From contig JALSRM010000069.1 of NCBI GenBank assembly GCA_026984775.1, positions 28,939 through 92,938 of the forward strand: DNA of 64,000 nucleotides. Reading direction: 5' to 3'. The DNA is from Gammaproteobacteria bacterium. GTDB taxonomy: Bacteria > Pseudomonadota > Gammaproteobacteria > CAJXQU01. The notes beneath the pieces were generated by a model. It saw only the letters and a program-made list of their open reading frames with translations. It did no database searches and was not told where the DNA came from. Position 1 is the first letter of the stretch, and every line of letters starts with the position of its first letter. This document shows positions 1-7,830 of the stretch, piece by piece. The translations under genes were made by a program, and so were the position numbers.

Positions 1-173
1 AAACCTGCGGCAACTGGATGACGGCTATTGCTGTCTTGATCCACTCCAGGCACATGAACTCTGGTCAGCCACTGGCAGCAGAAATGCAAAGAAAGTACTC
101 GAAAGAATGACGGGGTCATCCCTGATCATGCAGGGAGATAACGCGATCCATTGATCAGGTCAAGGAGCCCCCG

Positions 174-1997
174 ATGAGTGAAACAACCGCCCGATGGGAC
201 GAACATGATCCCGATCAGGAAGAACTTGGATTCAGAACAGCAAGTTTTGTTCAAAACGATCTGCTCCTTTCGCTGATCTATTTTGGGCTTATCCTGTTCC
301 TTCCACTGATCCTTTGGAATCATGTAGATGACTATGTTATTTTTCTCTGGCAGGTCGGCATGTTTACCATCTCGGCCATTCGCTGGCTATGCCGCTATAC
401 CATTACCAGTGGGAAAAAGGATAGGACCACTGATGACTTCTGGAACGGTGTTCTTATCTTTCTAACATTGATGGATGGGCTAGGTTGGGGCATTGGCGGT
501 GCCCTGCTCTTCCCCGCAGACTCGATCCTTTCCATGAGCCTGGTTGCACTTCTGCTGATAGGTATTGGTGGGGTAGGTGCTGTCTCTTATTCCGCGAGAA
601 TGTTGATCGCCATCCCCTACCTTTTATGTACCGTGTTGCCGTATATCACCCGTCTCTATGCTACAGGTGGTAATGAAGAGTTTTTGCTTGCCAGCATGCT
701 GGGGTTATTGACCATCATGTTCAGTTTTGCTGCCGATCGGCTGAGCCTGACATTGGGCACTGCACTTCAAATCGATGAACAAGATGAAGAAACCATCTTC
801 GCCCTGGAATCACAAAATGAACACCTCAGTAACATGGTTGAACGGAAAAGAAATCATGTGGCCCATCTTGAAAACGAGCTCACTAACATCACACATGAAC
901 TCGAGAAGGTTCATGGTGTCGTCACCAAACATGAAAAGGACTTGAGTCTTGTATGTGGCCGTATGATCAACCATCTAAACGATCTTGAAACGCTGAAACA
1001 GACATCACTTAACGATGATCAGAGCAAAGTGCTGGTTCGTATGGAAAAAAATGTTCGTTTTCTACTTGAGAGGTTGGGAGAAGATGAAATTGAGGAGGAA
1101 AACACACCCCAAGCTGTTAGTGGTCATGAACCCGCTTACGATAAGGATGAAGCATCTAATTCTCCAGTAGTATTGATTGTAGAGCCTGATAGCCATGAAC
1201 GTGAAAAAATCGAGGCATGCCTGCAAGAACTGAACCTGGACTACACCAGTGTAGAGGATGTCCCTGCTGCTCTATCGGCTCTGTGTCAAGCAGAAGACCA
1301 TTTCGGGTATGAACTCATCATTGCCAGTCTGTACATGCCGGAAATGGATGGAATCGGCTTTGCGGAATGCCTGAAGGATGATCAGGAATTTCAGAGTATC
1401 CGCACCATTCTGACCTATAGCGACAAGCTGCCAAGCAAGAACCGACTGATAAAGGCCGGTGTTGACTGGGTAGTACAAAAAGAGACTCTGAAAGAAGATC
1501 TACCACAGGCCATTGAGAGTCTTGTCAACGGAGAAAGACTTTCACAATTGCCCGCATCTATTGAATCCCTGGTTGAAGATACCATCCAGATATCACTCCC
1601 GCCTGATGAGCAGGAACCAATAACTGCCCCATCATCTGTAGACAAATCTGTACTCGAAGGACTTCGATCATCAACTACCCTCAATTTTATCGAGATCGTC
1701 AACGACTTTCTGGAAGATGCGCCACGATTGATCAGCGAAGCCAGAGAAACCCTATCAAAAAATGACCTTCCAGGTTTGCAAAGATCCATCAGGGAACTGG
1801 GCAATCGCAGTCTGCATATAGGGGCTAACGATCTTGCAGATTTGGCCATGTCGGTTGAATCCGCGATTACCGAAAATGGGATAGACAGAGTGCCTGGCAT
1901 GCTGCAGATGATCGAAGCGGAATTCATCCAAGTCGAGTCAGTACTGCTGGGTGAACTGACCAATGGCGCCCTTGTATCTGACCCGTTTAAACACTGA
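174..1997 (+). CDS. Membrane-anchored signalling protein: polytopic N-terminal sensor-like domain, coiled coil, degenerate receiver (REC) domain and HPt-like C-terminal domain; no kinase domain
   Basis: 607-aa ORF with AAGGAG Shine-Dalgarno just upstream of the ATG. The N-terminal ~190 aa are hydrophobic (motif LMDGLGWGIGG). A heptad-like coiled-coil segment follows. The REC-like block is VVLIVEPDS...ELIIASLYMPEMDG...ILTYSD...VVQKE. The C-terminal block IVNDFLEDAP...GLQRSIRELGNRSLHIGANDLADLAMSVE has the HPt layout. Confidence 0.8.
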   Translation: MSETTARWDEHDPDQEELGFRTASFVQNDLLLSLIYFGLILFLPLILWNHVDDYVIFLWQVGMFTISAIRWLCRYTITSGKKDRTTDDFWNGVLIFLTLMDGLGWGIGGALLFPADSILSMSLVALLLIGIGGVGAVSYSARMLIAIPYLLCTVLPYITRLYATGGNEEFLLASMLGLLTIMFSFAADRLSLTLGTALQIDEQDEETIFALESQNEHLSNMVERKRNHVAHLENELTNITHELEKVHGVVTKHEKDLSLVCGRMINHLNDLETLKQTSLNDDQSKVLVRMEKNVRFLLERLGEDEIEEENTPQAVSGHEPAYDKDEASNSPVVLIVEPDSHEREKIEACLQELNLDYTSVEDVPAALSALCQAEDHFGYELIIASLYMPEMDGIGFAECLKDDQEFQSIRTILTYSDKLPSKNRLIKAGVDWVVQKETLKEDLPQAIESLVNGERLSQLPASIESLVEDTIQISLPPDEQEPITAPSSVDKSVLEGLRSSTTLNFIEIVNDFLEDAPRLISEARETLSKNDLPGLQRSIRELGNRSLHIGANDLADLAMSVESAITENGIDRVPGMLQMIEAEFIQVESVLLGELTNGALVSDPFKH

Positions 1998-2015
1998 CAT
2001 CACAGTCCAAAACAA

Positions 2016-4775
2016 ATGAAGATAAATGGCCAGGAAATCGAACAGGAATATAATGAATCATTCCTGCTCAAAGAGGAGTTGATGAAAAATACGCTTCTGT
2101 ATTTTTTATTTTCTGGTCTGCTTGCAATTTTTATCTATGCAGTCTTGCAAGATCAGAAAATCAATGCACTGCTGCAACCCTGGTTGATCTGCATTGAGGC
2201 AAATACTGCTGTATTGATCATTTTCCATCACTATTTTCGCCGAAAGAGAAAGAATCCATTTCACAGTATATTTTTCTCCATTGGATTTATTATTGATGGG
2301 CTGTTCTGGGGAAGCCTGGGAGTCCTGCTACCGGGGAACATACCTCCAGAAGCACACGTACTCATTATTATGTCGCTGGCAGCTTTTGTTGCACTGGGAA
2401 TACCCCTGATTACCTCCACTTCCTGGCTGGTGGGTATATTCCCTAGTGCAGTATTTTTGCCATCCATATTTTATTATCTTACTGATCTCAACCCTTTATC
2501 GGTCGGTAATGGGCTTGTTATTGCTTCAATTATTCCTGTCATACTCAGAATCACCCGACTCATCCGTGATAACAAATCGCGATCGGACTCACTGGTAAAG
2601 AAACACCAATGGTTGATCAAACAACTCAATGAATTCGTTGAAAGAACAGAGCTGGCCAACCTTGAGCTAAAGAAAGAAATTGCCGAAAGAGAAAAAACCG
2701 AGATCGAACTCCGAAAAGCAAAAGAAGAAGCCGAAGCCGCAGCCAAAGCAAAAAGTGAATTTCTCGCCACTATGAGTCATGAAATACGGACCCCCATGAA
2801 TGGCATCCTTGGCATGGCAGAGCTGCTGATAAAAACTGAACTCAACAGCAAACAGAAACGTTTCGCTGAAACAATACACAAATCCGGTAACGCTTTGTTG
2901 ACGATCATCAACGATATCCTCGATTTCTCAAAGATTGAAGCCGGTAAACTCGAACTCAATACCCGTGTCTTCGACCTGCGACTATTGATCGAAGATATAG
3001 GTGTCATGTTTGCGGAACAGGCCCACCGAAAAGGTTTGGAACTGATCTGTAACTACCCTGCAGATGGCCACTCCATGTTCCGTGGGGATGCTGAGAGAAT
3101 AAGACAGATCCTGGTTAACCTGATTGGTAATGCACTCAAGTTCACAGAAAAAGGTGAGATTCAGCTCAAGGTAGAGCTGTTTGAAAAGAAGGGCAACATT
3201 TTTCTGATCCGTTTCAGAGTTCGGGACACGGGTATTGGTATTTTGCCTGAAGTCCAGGAAAAAATATTCGAATCGTTCTCCCAGGCAGACAGCTCTACGA
3301 CACGTAAGTTTGGCGGTACAGGACTCGGACTGACCATCTGCAAGAAACTGACACAATTAATGAAAGGTACAATAGGCGTGAAAAGTAAACCGGGAAAGGG
3401 ATCGGTCTTCTGGTTTGCTATTCCATTGAAAAAAGAGGCTGATGTTAAACAACCCCTATCCAGACAGGATCTCAAGGGTATTCGTATACTGATTGCTGAC
3501 AGTAATAAAACCAACCGGGAAATTCTTGAACAACAATTTACCAGTTGGGGTATGGATTATTATTCAACCGATAGTGCAAGAACGACACTCCGTGTACTTC
3601 ATAATGCCCAAAAACAAGGCTTCCCCTTCCAACTCGCAATTCTGGACAATCAGCTAAAGGATTTGGATGGTGTAAGTCTCGCACGAAAGATCAAAAATAG
3701 CCCCGACATTGCCGACACCAAACTCATTATGCTGAGCTCTGTTGGCAATATGGAACAGACTGGACAGTGGTTGATGGCAGGTATCGAAAGCTATCTAAAC
3801 AAGCCGATCAGACAAAATGAACTTTACCAGACACTGTTGAATACCATTGACTCTGAGGGATTGAAAAATGATTCCTTTGAGGAGGATCAAATAAATAAGG
3901 AAGAACAAGAAGTTGTCAATCTGAAAGGGCATGTTCTTGTCGCAGAAGACAACCTGGTCAATCAGGAACTGGTCCGGGAGATGTTATCACAACTTGGTTG
4001 TTCAGCCGAGATCGTAGATAACGGACGCAAGGCGGTTGAGGTGCTCACAGAACACTCGCTGGATAATCTGCACAAACCTTTTGATCTCGTCCTGATGGAT
4101 TGTCAGATGCCGGAAATGGATGGTTTTGAGGCCACCCAAAATATCCGACAGTGGGAATCAAGGCAAAAAATTGTACAACGAATACCCATTATCGCACTGA
4201 CCGCCAACGCTATGGAAGGTGATAGAGAGAGATGTCTTGAATCCGGCATGGATGATTACATGACGAAACCTTTTAATCTCGATCAGCTAGGTGCGCTGTT
4301 GCATCAGTGGCTACCACTGTTGGCAAGGGAAAATAACAGTGAATATGTACATAAGATGAATAAAACCTCAACAGAGACGTTCAATGAAGCTGCCGAGGAG
4401 TCTCGTAACGTTGCCCAACTGAATCCTGATGCTCTGAATAACATCCGCAAACAACAGCGGGGAGGGCAGCCCAATATTCTCACCAGAGTGATCCGATTAT
4501 TCCTGGAAAACTCCCAGAAGACCATTCAAGCTCTTGAGACAGCCATCTCCAACGGAGATCCGGTAGCCCTGCAACGAAATGCGTACAGTCTTCGATCCAG
4601 TTGCTCTACCGTCGGTGCAACAGCACTTGCTGAAATTTGTTCAGAACTCGAAACACTAGGCAAGGCAGAAAATGTTGATGAGGCCCAAACACAGTTGAGT
4701 GTACTCGAGTTTGAATATGATGCTGTGTGTATGGCATTGAACAACATTATCAATAGCGAGTTGGAATCTGTATGA
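2016..4775 (+). CDS. Hybrid sensor histidine kinase: membrane N-terminal domain, HisKA, HATPase_c, two REC domains, C-terminal HPt-like domain
   Basis: 919-aa ORF. The H-box ATMSHEIRTPMNGILGMAELL and N/G-box motifs (NLIGNALKFT, RDTGIGI, GGTGLGL) are present. REC1 is IRILIADSN...LAILDNQLKDLDG...LNKP. REC2 is HVLVAEDN...LVLMDCQMPEMDG...MTKPF. The C-terminal block IRLFLENSQ...ALQRNAYSLRSSCSTVGATALAEICSELE is HPt-like. A better SD (AGAGGAG) precedes an in-frame ATG at 2082, so the true start may be 2082. Confidence 0.88.
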   Translation: MKINGQEIEQEYNESFLLKEELMKNTLLYFLFSGLLAIFIYAVLQDQKINALLQPWLICIEANTAVLIIFHHYFRRKRKNPFHSIFFSIGFIIDGLFWGSLGVLLPGNIPPEAHVLIIMSLAAFVALGIPLITSTSWLVGIFPSAVFLPSIFYYLTDLNPLSVGNGLVIASIIPVILRITRLIRDNKSRSDSLVKKHQWLIKQLNEFVERTELANLELKKEIAEREKTEIELRKAKEEAEAAAKAKSEFLATMSHEIRTPMNGILGMAELLIKTELNSKQKRFAETIHKSGNALLTIINDILDFSKIEAGKLELNTRVFDLRLLIEDIGVMFAEQAHRKGLELICNYPADGHSMFRGDAERIRQILVNLIGNALKFTEKGEIQLKVELFEKKGNIFLIRFRVRDTGIGILPEVQEKIFESFSQADSSTTRKFGGTGLGLTICKKLTQLMKGTIGVKSKPGKGSVFWFAIPLKKEADVKQPLSRQDLKGIRILIADSNKTNREILEQQFTSWGMDYYSTDSARTTLRVLHNAQKQGFPFQLAILDNQLKDLDGVSLARKIKNSPDIADTKLIMLSSVGNMEQTGQWLMAGIESYLNKPIRQNELYQTLLNTIDSEGLKNDSFEEDQINKEEQEVVNLKGHVLVAEDNLVNQELVREMLSQLGCSAEIVDNGRKAVEVLTEHSLDNLHKPFDLVLMDCQMPEMDGFEATQNIRQWESRQKIVQRIPIIALTANAMEGDRERCLESGMDDYMTKPFNLDQLGALLHQWLPLLARENNSEYVHKMNKTSTETFNEAAEESRNVAQLNPDALNNIRKQQRGGQPNILTRVIRLFLENSQKTIQALETAISNGDPVALQRNAYSLRSSCSTVGATALAEICSELETLGKAENVDEAQTQLSVLEFEYDAVCMALNNIINSELESV

Positions 4776-4877
4776 GACAGCCCTTCCGGCAGGGTATCTA
4801 AACAGAGAGCAAATCAAGTCTGATGAAAAACGGTCGCTAACAGTCATATCAGATCAGTATTTTGAAACAGAATTTGG

Positions 4878-7061
4878 ATGTTACCTGTCAATGAAGAAAA
4901 AAATAGCCCTTTAATACTCGTCATCGATGATGATGTCACGATCCGTTTCATGATCAATGAAACTCTCGAGACACTAGGGTTCATCGTTGAAGAGGCTGAA
5001 AATGGTATCCAGGGGATTGAACGTGCTAGGGAGCTGAAGCCAGATATCATACTTCTTGATGTGATGATGCCGGAAATGGATGGGTTCACCGCCTGTCCAC
5101 AGATCCGGGAGATACCACACTGCAGACACACACCTGTTTTGATGATGACTGGGCTGGATGATATCGAATCAATCAACAAGGCCTATCAGGTCGGTGCTAC
5201 TGACTTTGCAACCAAACCACTGAATTATACTCTCTTGTCACATCGCCTCCTCTACATGTTACGTTCGAAACAGACAGCTGATGAATTACGTGCAAATCAG
5301 GAAAAACTCGATCATGCACAACGACTGGCCAAACTTGGCTACTGGGAATGGGATCTAAACAATTTTGTTACCTGGTCTGAACAGGTAACAGAAACTTTCT
5401 GGCTCCCCAAAGGCAAGACCTGCGGTGAACTCTCCTACTTCTTTCAGAACCTTCACAAAAAAGACATGGAGAAAGTCCGGGCGGCACTAAAACTGGCCAA
5501 GGAAAAAGAGCAAAATTTCAGTTTGGAATATCGCATCCGAAATCGCGAAGGGAAAGTCCGTATTATCTTTCACGAGGCAAAGGTGAATTACAATGAAGGT
5601 AGAAAACCTATCAGCCTGATTGGAACCATACAAGACATTACTGAACGCAAACGTGCAGAATATGAGATCCAGAAGCTGGCTAATTATGACAAGGTCACGG
5701 GGCTCCCAAACAGAACTTCGCTACGCCAGAAGCTTGAAAAAATTATTGCCAGAGCACCTTCCAGTCAACAAGTAACTGCCATCTTGACGCTCGATCTCGA
5801 TCATTTCAAACGTCTCAACGACACCCTTGGCCATCAGGCAGGAGATCAACTCCTGCGAAAAATTGCCTCCCGCCTGAATGAATTTATTGAAAATAGTGCA
5901 TACGGTTCCGTTGATCTAACCTCGACCAGATTGCAACAGAAAAAGCATGCTCTTGAATTGACACTCTCTCATTTCGGAGGCGATGAATTTGTTATTCTGA
6001 TCGATGGAGCTCCTACAATTGAAAATGTGGCTTCAATTGCACGAAAGCTTAATGAGATCATCGCTGAACCTATCGATTTAGACGGCAATGTTATCTCAAT
6101 GACAGCGAGTATCGGCATTAGCGCCTGGCCTGAAGACGGTAAGGATGTTGATACCCTCCTCAAGCAAAGCGGCTCCGCTCTATACCATGCAAAAAGCGAA
6201 GGCAGGAACTGCTACAAGTTTTTCACCGCAGCCATGAATGCACGCGCTTTTGAGCGTTTGTCTCTGGAAATCAATTTGCGCAAGGCAATCGAAAAAGAGC
6301 AATTCATGTTGTTCTATCAACCAAAAGTAGATGCCCTTTCTGGGAGTATATTGGGTATGGAGGCATTGATCCGATGGAAGCATCCTGAACTTGGCATGAT
6401 ATCTCCGGCGGATTTTATTCCTGTTGCGGAACAGACAGGAATGATCATTCCAATTGGCCAATGGATCTTCGAAGAAGCCTGCCGTTTCCTGAATAAGATT
6501 GAAGAACACAATCTCCCACCTCTTACTGTAGCCCTCAATCTTTCCGGTGCTCAATTTACACAGAAAGGGCTCCCTGAGGAGCTTGGCAATAGTGTTGCCA
6601 AGGCGGGTATCGCCCCTCAGCAGATTGAACTCGAGATCACTGAAAGTCTGTTGATGGAAAATATCGAAGAAGCTATCAAAATCATGAACCGGCTACGAGA
6701 GATCGGGTTTTCAATTGCAATCGATGATTTCGGAACCGGGTATTCCTCTCTCTCGTATCTAAAACGCTTTCCGGCAGCAACTTTGAAAATTGATCAATCG
6801 TTCATTCGTGATATCGACAAGGATGCCGATGATCGCTCTATTGTTCAAGCCATCATCACGCTGGCACACAGCCTGCGCCTCAAAGTGGTTGCCGAAGGCA
6901 TAGAAAAACGCGAACAACTCGCCGTGCTGAGAGAACAGGGCTGCGATCTTATTCAGGGCTATTACTACAGCCACCCCCTCTGTTGCGAAGATTTTCTGGA
7001 CTGGATTAGCAACCGCGAAGACGATCCTGTTGACGAACTTGAAGCGACCATGGCTATATAA
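4878..7061 (+). CDS. Response regulator with REC-PAS-GGDEF-EAL architecture (diguanylate cyclase/phosphodiesterase)
   Basis: 727-aa ORF. The receiver is LILVIDDD...IILLDVMMPEMDG...MMTG...ATKPL. A PAS-like segment follows. GGDEF motifs are RLNDTLGHQAGD and HFGGDEFVIL. EAL motifs are EALIRW, QPKVD, DDFGTGYSSLSYL, KIDQSF and EGIE. Confidence 0.9.
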   Translation: MLPVNEEKNSPLILVIDDDVTIRFMINETLETLGFIVEEAENGIQGIERARELKPDIILLDVMMPEMDGFTACPQIREIPHCRHTPVLMMTGLDDIESINKAYQVGATDFATKPLNYTLLSHRLLYMLRSKQTADELRANQEKLDHAQRLAKLGYWEWDLNNFVTWSEQVTETFWLPKGKTCGELSYFFQNLHKKDMEKVRAALKLAKEKEQNFSLEYRIRNREGKVRIIFHEAKVNYNEGRKPISLIGTIQDITERKRAEYEIQKLANYDKVTGLPNRTSLRQKLEKIIARAPSSQQVTAILTLDLDHFKRLNDTLGHQAGDQLLRKIASRLNEFIENSAYGSVDLTSTRLQQKKHALELTLSHFGGDEFVILIDGAPTIENVASIARKLNEIIAEPIDLDGNVISMTASIGISAWPEDGKDVDTLLKQSGSALYHAKSEGRNCYKFFTAAMNARAFERLSLEINLRKAIEKEQFMLFYQPKVDALSGSILGMEALIRWKHPELGMISPADFIPVAEQTGMIIPIGQWIFEEACRFLNKIEEHNLPPLTVALNLSGAQFTQKGLPEELGNSVAKAGIAPQQIELEITESLLMENIEEAIKIMNRLREIGFSIAIDDFGTGYSSLSYLKRFPAATLKIDQSFIRDIDKDADDRSIVQAIITLAHSLRLKVVAEGIEKREQLAVLREQGCDLIQGYYYSHPLCCEDFLDWISNREDDPVDELEATMAI

Positions 7062-7830
7062 CGCCAGAATAACATCTGAAGTTCTACCAATTCAGCTCAA
7101 GCGGTATGTGTGCCCTGTTCTTTATGCCGATATGCAGAACTGGCATCATAGACCCGCTTTCTGATCCGGTTGAACTGACCAACAGGAGAGAAAAAAGAAT
7201 TTCAATACGCTTCCACTGTTCAGAAATTTGTTATACGACTTGATATCGGGGAAAAGAAGTCGGGATTATCGACCATCAAAAAGCCCTGGGGCGTCACTCC
7301 CTGTGTAAGACCATCTCCTACATTGAAAACATTGAAAACTCGAAAACCTTGATTGCCATATCATGGGCATCCTTTTCCACATCGTGCAAATCGTGAATCC
7401 GTATTGGGAAAACGGGCCCAAGTTTTATACCTTTGCCCCGGTTCCGAGAAGATACCATAGCGCAGATCTTCCGGAAGGTTCTTTTCAATATCAAGTTAGG
7501 CCCTCACACAACCATAAACTTTGGTGTGCATCCTCTACCCGCATAATTCGATCGATTTTTTCAATGATCTGGATTCAACTGACGTTGATTTGGATGAATC
7601 GAATTCTCTGTTTTGGTTTTTTTCTTCTATCTCCTCTTTTCGAGAACAAGAAAACTGAAACCGTCATAGATGATAAAAAATACCAATGACTATGCTCCGT
7701 TTCATGCGATTACTCCCGAACCAACGAAGTAAACGGATAATTCATTGAGGCAATTCCATCTACTGAAAGTTCTGACTGCAAGATTCGGGTCAGCCGATTC
7801 AGATCCATATTAATCGTAGTGGCAATCAGA

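Noticed and set aside
1-154. Open frame running from the window start to a TGA at about 152 (…LWSATGSRNAKKVLERMTGSSLIMQGDNAIH), possibly the 3' end of an upstream gene
   Set aside because: Only 50 codons visible, no recognisable motif, and the window edge prevents evaluation.
174-1997. Considered ORF1 to be a histidine kinase with a divergent HisKA in its coiled-coil segment (…NHVAHLENELTNITHEL…)
   Set aside because: No H-box consensus (hE[lI]RTPL) and no HATPase_c N/G1/G2 boxes follow. The segment looks like a plain coiled coil.
7321-7347. Tandem 9-bp repeats considered as a CRISPR or VNTR feature
   Set aside because: Only about 3 copies of 9 bp. No spacer-repeat architecture and no cas genes. 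Kept only as a minor regulatory-site candidate.
7363-7689. 108-codon + strand ORF inside the 770-bp spacer
   Set aside because: No Shine-Dalgarno. Low-complexity, Phe/Ile/Leu-rich translation with no recognisable motif. It more likely reflects AT-rich non-coding DNA than a gene.
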